Source of the DNA: Sporopachydermia quercuum
Taxonomy: Eukaryota
DNA length: 64,000 nt
Assembly: GCA_001599295.1 (NCBI GenBank)
Contig: BCGN01000002.1
Location: 1,302,001 to 1,366,000 of the forward strand
Reading direction: 5' to 3'
Both the position numbers and the translations under genes were made by a program. Shown piece after piece: positions 10,149 to 21,296 of this stretch (position 1 is its first letter; every line of letters starts with the position of its first letter). The notes beneath the pieces were generated by a model that was not told the origin of the DNA, did not search any database, and was given only the letters and a program-made list of their open reading frames with translations.

Positions 10149-11498
10149 TTACTTGTTGTTAATTTCCTGTGTTGTGATTTTATTCTCCCGCTCATCTAGC
10201 AAAGTCTTGATCATTTCTGACTGTTCAACAACAATCTCTGACAATGCTGCTATTTGTTTGGTTAGATTGTCCTGTACGACTCGCGCATAACGAGCTTCTT
10301 TCCTCAAATCTAGTAGTAGCCTAGTAAGATCAGCATTTTTTGAGCCTTTTGCAGTTTTGGATGAATTTTCCGATAGAGTGGTTGATGGCCCAGTTTCTTT
10401 TGGTAATGATGTATCATCCCACTTCACGGCTTTCCTTCTTTTGATTGGAGGTTGGAGGTTCTCGACTTCAGTGCTATCGAATTGTAAACTGGGATTACTG
10501 AAGTTATCAAGTTTAACAACACTTGGTCTTAATTTCAAACAGGATTTGGTAGGTGATAAATCAGTAGTATTGTTTGCCGGTTTACCATTATCATTGAACA
10601 CATCTTCGTTATCGGCAAGTTCATCCTTCACCTCTATGTCTTCTGTTTCCACCGCTTTGAGCTTTGTTAGAAGGTTTGCTTTAGGATTGGAAATGCAATC
10701 TTTTTCTTGTGGGTTAATTGATTCATCTGTGGGCTCTGTATATGTGATCATCATTTGCTTTGCTTGTTCTTCAGACTCAGCAGAGAGATCTTGATTCACA
10801 TCTCCGTCTAACGTTTCTTCATCTATAGGTGGGCTAATTTGCTGTTTCCTATGTTTAGGAATACTTTTGCCTCGTAAGGATGTTAATCTAACCGGCGAAA
10901 GGGATGTAATGGGTCTGCTTTCTCTGGAGAACCTTGGTCGGTCAACAGAAAATAAAGACCTCTCTGATTTCTTAGCGTTGGCAGATAACAGTAGTCTGGC
11001 ATGAAACTTGTCGTCGTGAGAAATGGTAGCAGGTACATTAAATATACTAGGCTTCTGAGGAGTTATTGTCACTGTAAAATACTCGTTTTGCTGTCGTTTA
11101 CCTTTTAATTTTATGGGGCTTAGTTTGGAAGGAGGTTTAAGCAAGCCTTGTAGTTCAGGTCCTGACCGATTCTATTAAAATTAAGAGTTAGTATGTTGTT
11201 TTTTGAGACAGATTGCCTATGTAGATAGAATATCAAACGCCTTCATGCAACAGATGGAAATCAACTGGTCCGACTGAACTCCAACGCTTCTACCAATATT
11301 CTTTCCTCCAAGTTGTAACTATTTACGTACCCTGTTTCTAAATGGTGACACAGCTGCTTTCAAATTGTCATCCGTCTTACTTTCAGGATAAAGGTTATGT
11401 CTGTTGGTTGAAGATAGTACATTTGCTGTTGATTTCTTCTGAGGGCTTTCGCTTCTCTGAAGTCTTCCTCCTGCTATTGATAACCCTGTTGAATGCAT
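10149..11498 (-). CDS. Uncharacterised two-exon protein (about 396 aa), low-complexity with a C-terminal coiled coil
   Basis: Exon 11331-11498 (MHSTGLS...PFRNR) and intron 11172-11330 (GTACGT...TACTAAC...TAG) join in phase 0 to the 10149-11171 frame. Confidence 0.8.
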
Positions 11499-12118
11499 GG
11501 TTGTAGCTATTCTGATGTGCTTAGAATGATCCAATAAACGGATTATCTATAATTTATGTTTTATAAGTTCTTGATAATATGCTAGTGCAATAATAGTCTT
11601 CAACTGCTAGTTGAAGTGTGAAATAGTCTATTGCTATGGGGTACTTTGTTGTTTGGCGCTACTGGTATTTTGTTGTTTAAATTTCAATAATTCTACAATT
11701 TTTTGAATGTAAATCGTTTATTGCATTCATGCCAAACCTTTGCTACTCGCTATATTTATACTTCTTCACTTTCTTGAGTCTTCTCACTGCGTATACTTAT
11801 TGCTTTGTGCTTATTACTGTTGCTATTATAAGCAATCTGAGGATCTGCCTGCAACTCATCGTAGGGTCACAAGCAAAGGCTCCTTTTCATGTGATCGTCA
11901 TTTTATCAAAATGGTATTTATTTGAGCGTTTATAATATTCCTAAAAAGGATGTAATATAATAAAACTCCCATTTTGAAATGGTTGTCACGTCAACGAGAA
12001 CACAAATAAGTATGTAGGGAAACTTGAAGTCTGTTGCAATATTGTCACGTGTTTGTGACTACTTAACTAGTATATCACTGATTTTATGAGGAGACTCGAT
12101 GTATAACTCTTATTTGAA

Positions 12119-12189
12119 TGAAAATTTTTAAATGATAAATTTGTGTGAAGCAGTTACACTTTTCTATTCTTGTTTATGGTAGCGATGAG
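12119..12189 (+). promoter_or_regulatory. RRPE (TGAAAATTTT) plus PAC (GCGATGAG) ribosome-biogenesis promoter pair
   Basis: TGAAAATTTT at 12119 and GCGATGAG at 12182, in the usual order, upstream of the snoRNA and SEN2. Confidence 0.6.
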
Positions 12190-12573
12190 AATGAATGTAC
12201 TGTGAATTGAAATATTACTGTTGATTTGAAGTTCGTGTAACTTTTTTGGGATTGCACTGGCGGACTTTTGTTTATTTGAGATATTCGAGTCGAGTAGTGT
12301 AGAGTATTAGTTGTTCATGGTTGTTGATTGAAGAACAATGTTGGTGATAGTCTGTCTAAGCTTGGTATTTAATGAACTAGTTCAATTATTTTTGGTGTAA
12401 AATAAGTGTGTAGATGTTGAAATGAGTCTTCTACAGCTCTATATATGAATTAGTCTGAATTGGAAACCAATAATTCATTAGTAAGGTAAGTTCAATGTTT
12501 TTCTTTCAAGATCGTCTTCGCTCAAGATGATAAGGCAAAGCTATTATTGATAATGAAATAAAGACCAATTGCT

Positions 12574-12671
12574 TGTTTATTATGATGATATTATGATATG
12601 TTGCTTGAAGATTAACGTCTATGTAAGCACAATGATTTCTCAATAGACTACAACGGTATCTGATATAAACA
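12574..12671 (+). ncRNA. SNR79: Box C/D snoRNA, snR79-like (18S rRNA 2'-O-methylation guide)
   Basis: Box C ATGATGA at 12582 and box D CTGA at 12660, with terminal stem TGTTTAT/ATAAACA. The guide AGACTACAACGGTAT is complementary, with one mismatch, to conserved 18S AUACCGUCGUAGUCU. It lies next to SEN2, as I recall for S. cerevisiae snR79. Confidence 0.85.
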
Positions 12672-12846
12672 AGTATTGGTCCAAAGTCTTTGTTGTGGTG
12701 GTGATTAATGTATCTATTATTGAAGGCAAAGAGGTAACGCTCTTTGGTTATAAATACGTAATCATGATCAAATTTCTAACAAATAGTCAGAGAAGAGAAA
12801 ACATAATTTATTGACTAGAAACCTCATTATTAAGATATTTTCCATA

Positions 12847-14055
12847 ATGAGTGCCTCGGTTCAAGAGTCTCCAATTAGGAGGAACAAAAGGACTCCATTA
12901 CATCAGCAGTATCCTGATCCTTTACCTATTAAAACGTATAACCTTCCTTTAATATCCCTTGATAATCCAATGACATTCTTACCATATATATACAAATTGG
13001 CTAAAATTCTGTATTCTGCATTCAGATCGACTAATGACGACCAAATATCTGTAAACGCAGATCTTAAATCACGTAATATGATTCTTGTTAGTATGGATAA
13101 AGATATGCAATTGTTATGGAAAATGGGTTTTTTCGGTAAAGGTAATCTTTCAAGATCTGAAGCTACTTGGAGAGGTAGAACAGCAAGAAGATTAGGACTT
13201 TTCACTGAAGATAAATTATCACCAGAAGAAATCACTGCTTTGAGACGGAAACAAAGAGCTGATTTCAAAACTCTGAGGGCGAACGTCGAAATTTACACTA
13301 TTCAACTGAGGAAAAAAGTCGATGCTGGTGAAATTACTGCACAAGAAATGGGATCTATGGTTGAGAAAGCGGAAGCTGAATTGTCGAGACCAATGGGAGG
13401 TTATGTTGATGCTCAAGAATTGTTAAATGAGTCTCTGAAGGATCAAGTTGTTGATAGAGCTAAATGGAGAAATGAAGATAAGGTTATTGTTAATGAGGTC
13501 AACGCAGTTACTGATTTGGAGAAGCTAGAATTAATGCCGTGTGAAGCTTTCTTTCTTAGTTATGCAGTGAATATTCTCCAGGTTTCATATAACAATAAAC
13601 AACTGGATCATTCAGAACTGTTCTTGAAGCTTTGTCGGTCTTACTTGCCTGATGATGGTTTCATCATTTACTACATAGCGTATCATTATTATCGATCTCT
13701 AGGCTGGTGTGTCCGTTCTGGTGTGAAATTTGGTTCAGATTTTTTGTTGTACAAGAGAGGGCCACCATTTTCCCATGCTGAGTTTGCAGTGATTATTTTA
13801 CCTCAGAGCAAGAATAAAGAACAAATAAATAAGATCAATGGGAAACCTTGGAACTGGACAACTAATATTTCAAGAGTCATTGGTGGTGCTAAGAAGACGT
13901 TGGTCTTTTGTTATGTTGAATATCCTGATGATATCTCGCAGTATAAGACTCTTGTCGAAGATAAACCAGTGATTGATTTTCCTTCATTTTTGAGGGCCTA
14001 TAAAGTGACGGATATTGTATATAGACGATGGGTTCCCAACCGTAATCGGGACTGA
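12847..14055 (+). CDS. SEN2: tRNA-splicing endonuclease catalytic subunit
   Basis: LWKMGFFGKGNLSRSE, LELMPCEAFFL, YHYYRSLGWCVRSGVKFGSDFLLYKRGPPFSHAEF and the terminal RWVPNRNRD. Confidence 0.95.
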   Translation: MSASVQESPIRRNKRTPLHQQYPDPLPIKTYNLPLISLDNPMTFLPYIYKLAKILYSAFRSTNDDQISVNADLKSRNMILVSMDKDMQLLWKMGFFGKGNLSRSEATWRGRTARRLGLFTEDKLSPEEITALRRKQRADFKTLRANVEIYTIQLRKKVDAGEITAQEMGSMVEKAEAELSRPMGGYVDAQELLNESLKDQVVDRAKWRNEDKVIVNEVNAVTDLEKLELMPCEAFFLSYAVNILQVSYNNKQLDHSELFLKLCRSYLPDDGFIIYYIAYHYYRSLGWCVRSGVKFGSDFLLYKRGPPFSHAEFAVIILPQSKNKEQINKINGKPWNWTTNISRVIGGAKKTLVFCYVEYPDDISQYKTLVEDKPVIDFPSFLRAYKVTDIVYRRWVPNRNRD

Positions 14056-14251
14056 TTTTTCTCTGAGTGTTTTAGTATGTTTATGGTTCATGATTTTAAC
14101 GAAGTGTATTATAGTATGTTAAATATGGTATGTCATAAGTTATATTATTTGCTCTATCAATTATCCTGTTTTTATTGTAGACACTATGTCTCATTAAATA
14201 GTATCCATGCAACCTATCGTACGTAGTATGCAAAAATGTTTTGCTCATTGA

Positions 14252-14774
14252 TCAAGCAGATATCTTTCCTAGGGAAAGTTGCTCTACATAGCCGCAATCT
14301 CGTTGGCCTTTTACTCGCACTTTGCTAGCCTTCTCGTGGCTCACATCATATGGTGAAACACCTTTCACATCAACGTATGCGGGTTTAGAGATGCATACAT
14401 AGGACTTTCCACCTGGTAGAGTGCATTTTAACTGTGAGGAAGGAAAAGGACAAGGACAGTCTAGTGGTTTGTCAACACAGGCAAATGTGTCGCGGCACAG
14501 ATATTTGTTACATTCAGCTAATGATATATTTAGTTAGTGAGATATGTTATTCATGGCACCTCTATGTAGAATATTATTGATGACATCCTTATTCAATGAC
14601 AAGATAACCCATGATTATGCAATGCAGCTTCAATAACAAAGAGAACTTACAGTTTTCATATATTGACTCAAATCTATCATAGTTTGGTGTATTGTCTTTT
14701 CCATGTGCTTGGCCAAAAATATAACTACCCAGTAGTAACATTGACAGTATTATGGATGATATGCTATACTTCAT
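14252..14774 (-). CDS. LCL2: Long chronological lifespan protein 2 (small secretory Cys-rich protein), two exons, 129 aa
   Basis: Signal-peptide exon 14651-14774 and intron 14518-14650. Exon 2 encodes CNKYLCRDTFACVDKPLDCPCPFPSSQLKCTLP..YVCISK..RDCGYV. Confidence 0.85.
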
Positions 14775-15455
14775 TTTGATTTTCAGAGAAAGATTGCTGA
14801 AGAAAAGCTTTGATACTCTTTAGGATTTCAAATCAAAGCGGTAAACGTCAACTTGTGTAACAAGCAAGGTGGCTATTTATTTACCATAATTCAAACTAAT
14901 TGTACTATGAAGCTATCATGAATATAAATCAATCTTTTCCTTATAAGAATATCTGGCGCAAAGGAAGTGAAAAATTAAGCCTACGTGTAATATGCGATAA
15001 TATGCAATGCAGTGATATGCAAATAGTATGTGTGTTCTGACATGGAATTGATATTCATGTGTGGTGCATAATTATGCATACTATTGGAAACTCTACTGGG
15101 TAAGCCCAGAATGTCAGAAATCTAGGAATATAGATAGTGTTGATAACAAAGTAGATGATCAATTAGATCGTAATTCATGTTCATGCCGCCCATTAAGTAT
15201 TTGTTGCAAGCACCAGACTTCCTGTTGAATATTTCAAGTTGCTGGAAGAAATCTCTCGTTAAGTTGGCAAAGTGATGATTTTTCTTTAAGGCCATCTCTA
15301 TTTGCCAGTAGTAGTAATTTCATTATCGAACCGGCGCGATAAGAGGAATGATATTTATCATGCTCTGAAGACATCAAGTGAACTAAATAATACTCCAAAC
15401 TAGCTGCTGATAGCTGGTATGATTTTGTTGACTCTGATAACGATAATTGTTTGAA

Positions 15456-15878
15456 ATGGGGTTCCAAAGTCTTCTATCCAAAGTGCTTGTTGATACAAAG
15501 ACAAATGAAAACACTGTTATGAGGAATCATCTGGCATTGGAAAGAACTTACCTTACTTACATTAGGAACAGTTTGGGAGCTCTTGTTACAGGTATATTTA
15601 TTCTACAATTGTTTCTGATTGAAACTCCTTCCAATTCTGAAAATTCATCAAAAGAAAAAGTAGCTTCCAATCAAAAGATAGCTGGTAAAACTTTGGCAAT
15701 TGGTTACATCTTGTGTGCTTCGTTAAGTGTGATTGTAGGATCAACGAGATTTTACAAAGTCGATAGTAAAATGAGTGTTAAGAAGTTCCCTCTGGGATCC
15801 ACTTTGATATTATTGATGTTCATCATCGAGATGTCGATGCTAATTGTATGTTTTATTATTGTTATGCTATTTAGTTGA
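15456..15878 (+). CDS. DUF202-family small membrane protein (start uncertain)
   Basis: RNHLALERTYLTYIRNSL motif followed by three hydrophobic segments. Confidence 0.75.
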   Translation: MGFQSLLSKVLVDTKTNENTVMRNHLALERTYLTYIRNSLGALVTGIFILQLFLIETPSNSENSSKEKVASNQKIAGKTLAIGYILCASLSVIVGSTRFYKVDSKMSVKKFPLGSTLILLMFIIEMSMLIVCFIIVMLFS

Positions 15879-16057
15879 TTCAATATATCTACGGCTTTGG
15901 ATTATCATTCCTAAAAATTCCTTTTGAAGTAAATATAGATTTTATGTACATAAATAAATAAACTTGAAATCATCTACCTAATAACTATTGAATAGTCATT
16001 TCATTATCAATTGAGTTGGTCAGATATTGTTTATATAAATTTTCTTTGGATGATTGT

Positions 16058-17058
16058 TTAACGACCTAAGTTGAGCAATAAAGAAGAAGGTGTGCTACCT
16101 TGGCCACCAGAACTTGAACCTGAAGGCAAGTATGTAACGTTTCCTGATTTAGCAAGAGTACTAGCAATTTCTTTGGAAGCTTCAATACGTCTGATCAACA
16201 ATAAACCATCACCCGCTTTATCAAGAGCTTTAGAAATGTGTTCTGCGGCTTCAGCTTCACCCTCAGCTCTGATAACGGAAGCTTGTCTCTCTTGTTCAGC
16301 TTTCTGCACAATAAACAATGCTCTTTCAGCATCTTGTTGAGCGATTTGCTTTTGCTCAACAGCTTTAGTGAACTCTTTACCAAATGTCATATGAGTTATG
16401 GAAACATCTTCTAAATGAATATGAAACTCTTGTGCTCTTTTATTCAATTCCTCTCTGATTCTGCTGGATACAACTTCTCTTTGAGTGATTAGTTCTGCCG
16501 CGTCAAATTGAGCTACAACACTCTTTAGAATTTCATTTCCAATTGATGGTAGCACTCTTTCATCATAATCTAAACCTAATGACTGATAAATGGTAGGCAA
16601 ATATAAAACATCAGGTCTGTGAAGCACACGTAAGTTGAGAGAAACTGTTTGCAAATCTTTACTACCGGTAGTCGTAGAGATAGATCTTGGTTTGGTTCTA
16701 ACATCAAAGAAAATGGCCTTCTGAAGACCAGGAACTAAGAAATGAGTTCCTTCACCAACAACAACCTGCTTCACACCCGATAGCCTATCAAAAATGACTG
16801 CTCTTTGACCTCCCTTCACATCGTACATGGCGTAAGGCACCACTGAAAAGCCAATTATAGCAGGTGCAGCGATCTCTATCCGTTTGTTAGTTAACTCTTA
16901 GATCATATTAATTGACGACAAATATTCCAATTCTTCAAAGTAACACTTTAGATCATTTAATCGTTTTCTAACAACAAACAATCGTCACCCACCATCAATA
17001 AATTCGCCCTGAGAAATCATTACTTACTTGAAAGAAAACCAAGAATACGTTCAGCCAT
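16058..17058 (-). CDS. PHB1: Prohibitin 1, two exons
   Basis: Exon 17028-17058 ([10 protein letters not shown]), intron 16876-17027, then [18 protein letters not shown] and the SPFH domain. Confidence 0.95.
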
Positions 17059-17513
17059 ATTTACTACTTAAAATCCTTTTATTCTCAACAGTTGATCAAG
17101 ATTGATGGCATCAGCTGATTTATGATAACTATCAATTATGAAAAGATAAAAAGTAACAATTGGATCGGTTCATAAGTAGTATCCAAGGTTTGTCATCTAC
17201 AAGTATGGGTTTCTATATTATTGCCTGGTAAAATTCACCCTAACTTGTGGCAATTCAATCATCGCATAAACCACACCCAAGCACCAAAAAGGTTACATGA
17301 GAAATAGAGTTTTTATATGCGCACGTGATTCGAAAATGATTTGATTTACGATTATGTAATCCTTAAGTGATATTTACAAACTGTAGACTACCTAAAACTG
17401 ATAAGTTAAGTAATGGATGAACTACGTTCTAGTTAAACATTTAAAATTGATATACATACAGAACATATACCAGTTAAATAACAAACAGATTAATTCATAA
17501 CTATAAATATTCG

Positions 17514-19178
17514 CTAGAAAGTGGAACCGGCCAAAAGGGAAGCAGCATTTCTAGCATCAACAGCATTCTCAGCATTTTCAACATCATTATCAAAACCTGC
17601 ATTAGTTTCATTAATACTGTCCTCAAGAGCTGGTGGAACTTCAGAAAGAGGTCTCTTAGGTACAATTTCGTTACCACTATCAGTCAATGATACAGCTCTA
17701 GTCCTTCTATCTCCACTCCAACTATCTCCACTCCAACTATCTCCTTCTGGTCCTTGACTAGCCAGATTTCCACCGGAAGGAGTATTATACGATCCTTTAG
17801 ATGTGCGTTTAGGATATGATTCTCTTCCCAACCTACTGAGTCCACCATTGGAATCAACAGCTCTAACATCGTGCCGAATTGATTCCCATGTAGAAAGTTT
17901 TTTCCTTTCTGATTCAATCACCTTCAAGGTCATCTCATTAAAGTAACCTCTAATTGATTGCTCAAAGGTTTCCATATACTTCTTCTTTTCTACTAACATA
18001 TTCTCTGTTACTCGCTTCACTTTTGCAGTTAATTCTTCTTCTGCCTGTGTAGCTTCTTCTAAAGAGGCAATAGCTTCATCAACCTTCAGTGGATTAATAT
18101 TTGAGCTTCCTTTCAATTTTGATGCAGTACTGTGTTTGGCTTTAGTATTACTTTGTGCAGCAATCAATTCTCTCATCAGCAGGTGTCTATTTGTCAATGC
18201 TTCTTTGGCTACATATGCATCCTGAGCTAACCATGAAATTCCATCACCTAAAGTGGCCATCTCAGCAGTAGCATCAATAGATTCCAGATCTCCAATCAGA
18301 GTCAACGTCTTTCCTAATTTATTCCACATATTTACCATTCCAGGATGTGTGAATTCAAGATCTGATAAGTTGGTGAATTTTGCTCCTAATTCATTCTCAG
18401 CAACACCTAGACTTCGCTTAGCCTTGGTGACTTTCTCTAGCTTATGAGCAAATTCTTGACCATGGAGATAAATATTCTTCACCAAGGGTCTGAAATCAGC
18501 TAATTCTACTGTTTCATCGTAAGGAGGCTGAAATTGCTTCAATGTTTTACGTCTTAAACCTGTTGCAGGAGGTTTCTTCTTATAAACAGGAGAATAACCA
18601 AAGTCGCTTTCAACGAAGTAGATAAACTCTTCATCTCTCATTAGTACAGGATTCGAGCTTACTCGATCTAACCATATTTGCATGTTTTTGATTACTCTTG
18701 TTTCATCTTCTTCTGTTCCTAATCCTGCTGATGTGCTGGCTGGAGGGACACTTGGAACAAAGCATTCAGGATTGGCACCATTGAGATGTTGAAAAAATTT
18801 CACTATTTCAGGATGAGTTCTACGAACATCTTTGAACACTGTATTGCGAAATCGAGGAAGATTGGTATGCACGTCAAACTTGTAGATAGTTTCCTTCTTA
18901 CTGGTCCGTTCCAAGTCTGTAATTCGTATTATCAGCTTATATTTCTTTCTTGGTTTCTTGGGAGTTGAATCAGCCGCAGGATTCTGTGTGGGTTGACTTT
19001 GTTCATTTTCTTGAGATTCTGCTTGTTGATCCGATACATGATTCCTTTCTTGGTCAGTACTCTCTATGCCTTGTTCTGGTACTTCTGTAGCTGCTTCTGT
19101 TTCTGAAGAAGTGATATTTGGGTCATCTGATGAAAATGGGTTGAATGATTCGGGATCATACGGAACTGCTGACGCCAT
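17514..19178 (-). CDS. VPS17: Retromer PX-BAR sorting nexin
   Basis: MASAVPYDP..NPF start, PX domain (FDVHTNLPRFR), BAR domain and the C-terminal DARNAASLLAGSTF. Confidence 0.92.
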   Translation of the reverse strand: MASAVPYDPESFNPFSSDDPNITSSETEAATEVPEQGIESTDQERNHVSDQQAESQENEQSQPTQNPAADSTPKKPRKKYKLIIRITDLERTSKKETIYKFDVHTNLPRFRNTVFKDVRRTHPEIVKFFQHLNGANPECFVPSVPPASTSAGLGTEEDETRVIKNMQIWLDRVSSNPVLMRDEEFIYFVESDFGYSPVYKKKPPATGLRRKTLKQFQPPYDETVELADFRPLVKNIYLHGQEFAHKLEKVTKAKRSLGVAENELGAKFTNLSDLEFTHPGMVNMWNKLGKTLTLIGDLESIDATAEMATLGDGISWLAQDAYVAKEALTNRHLLMRELIAAQSNTKAKHSTASKLKGSSNINPLKVDEAIASLEEATQAEEELTAKVKRVTENMLVEKKKYMETFEQSIRGYFNEMTLKVIESERKKLSTWESIRHDVRAVDSNGGLSRLGRESYPKRTSKGSYNTPSGGNLASQGPEGDSWSGDSWSGDRRTRAVSLTDSGNEIVPKRPLSEVPPALEDSINETNAGFDNDVENAENAVDARNAASLLAGSTF

Positions 19179-19937
19179 TTTGATGGATTTTTGAACGAAA
19201 AAGTTGGAAATGAATACTTCCAGCAAATGATTTTATAACTCTAGCTTTTGAAGGGTGATTTTTTCCAAATACTTAGTATTTCTCCCAATCTATCATGTTC
19301 TGATATATGGGGTTAACTGGGGTATCTGTTCTGCTTATCAGTGCTTGTAGAGTGGTAGGATATCGATCAATCCTGAAACCTGTAAACCAAGCTTAAAACT
19401 ATAATAGACTGCCAGAATATACTATTGACTTCCAATTGCCTCCTACCAATTCCTTGTATCAAATAGCCTGGCAATTGACGCATTATTCACGTTAATGTCT
19501 ACTGATTCACATCTACCTTTCATACAATGAATAGGGAGAGATCGGATATTGTGGTGGCTCCGATTCTTGAAGAATGGGTGTTTGTTGCCTAAAGGGTCTT
19601 CTTGATTGAATTATAATAAATGATTATGTGATATTAAAAGAGTTCACGATCTCTAGCATAGCGTCTCATTTCATCTCATGTTTTCACTTACTGTGCTTTG
19701 TGCTACCTATTTTGAGACAAGTCTTATTGTTCTTCTATTAGTCGATTAGTTAGTCATAGGTACCATAACATTGAGAAGAGAATGTATTGAATAGACAAAA
19801 AGATTTCTACATGATAAAAATTGATATAATAGTGCATTAATAGGTTCTTTTGTCTACTATGGACTTTTTTTTGAGAGAATTGATCGTTTAGGAGGTTTCT
19901 TTTTGAAGGTTATAGGTACCAGGTAAGAAACAGATCA

Positions 19938-21018
19938 ATGATGGCTAGATACGTTTTGAGTGCTGTTAAAGCAAATGAAGTTCCGATCAAAGGAGTGATC
20001 TTTGATATGGATGGAACTTTATGTAAAGCTCAGGTATGGAGGAGTTGCTAGAAATCTGATAAAACAGTAGCCTACTGGTTTTGGGATACGATAGAGCTAA
20101 TTGGTATACATATATTTGTGTACATGCACTAACATACTCTCTAGACATGGATGTTTAGTAAGTGGAATGAGGAGACAAACAGTTAGTTGATGGATAACTT
20201 ATAATTCATTCCTAACAAGTAGTATCATGGAGTTTTTGTGAATAATATTTTTAATATTCTAACGGTTAGCGGTTTACAGGAGCCATGAGAGATGCTTTGA
20301 ACATATCAGATACGATTGATATTATTGATTACATCCACAGCCTACCTTGTGAGTATGACCAAGAAGCAGCACATGATAAGATTATTGCAATTGAAAGAAA
20401 AGCAATGAATGAGATGCAACCACGGGAAGGTCTCATTGAATTGATGCAAGTATGTTGATATTTGTTCTCGGCTTTAGATCATTTCTGCTGCTATGTTTGA
20501 TTCTGTTATGAATCTCTTTTCAATGTTCTTTTTTATTAACAAGACAAGTACCTTGAATCAAAGAACATTCCTAAATCTATTTGTACAAGAAATATGCCTA
20601 CTCCTGTGAATTATTTGTTAAAAAATTTCTTGAAAGATTTCCATTTTGATCCAATAATCACAAGAGAGTTTTACCCACCAAAGCCAAAACCAGACCCTAT
20701 TTTGAAAATTTCTGAGGATTGGGGTGTCGATCCGAAATCTGTTATAATGGTTGGTGATTCTTTAGATGATATGAGAGCAGGATATTCTGCTGGCTCGGCG
20801 ACAATACTTATAGAAACAGATGCAAATGAATCTGTTAAAACAAGGCCAGAGACTGGCGTAGTAGTTAAGAGGTATGCTGACGAGAGACAACTCATTGATG
20901 AGCTGATTCGGTACAATTGCTGCAGTTACANTTATACTTGATGCTAACATGTTTCTGTAGATTAGATGATTTGATTGGTTTACTAGAGAAAGGGTTTGAA
21001 CCAAAAAACATAGAGTGA
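19938..21018 (+). CDS. HAD-superfamily hydrolase (YOR131C-like), five exons
   Basis: Exons 19938-20033, 20145-20157, 20280-20449, 20549-20871 and 20961-21018 splice in frame. Motifs FDMDGTL, ICTRN, PKPKPDP and MVGDSLDD. Confidence 0.88.
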
Positions 21019-21296
21019 TGAAGCGATGGATAGTTAGCATTGCTTATCATGACATGATTTGGAAGGAAATAGAAAGCATCAAAAGAATACACAGTTGTTT
21101 GTTTAGATCATGAATAAATAACAGATAGAAACCTGAAACCTGATATTTGGAAGTTGAAAATTACTAGTAGTTATAAGAATATGGTATATTGGTTGTAATT
21201 ATATGAACAGATAGTATACTCTCTATTAACTTTGCATTGTGGATCTTCGTATTTCATTAAGCTTTCCGCATAATACTTTCACAACTATTTCCTTGC

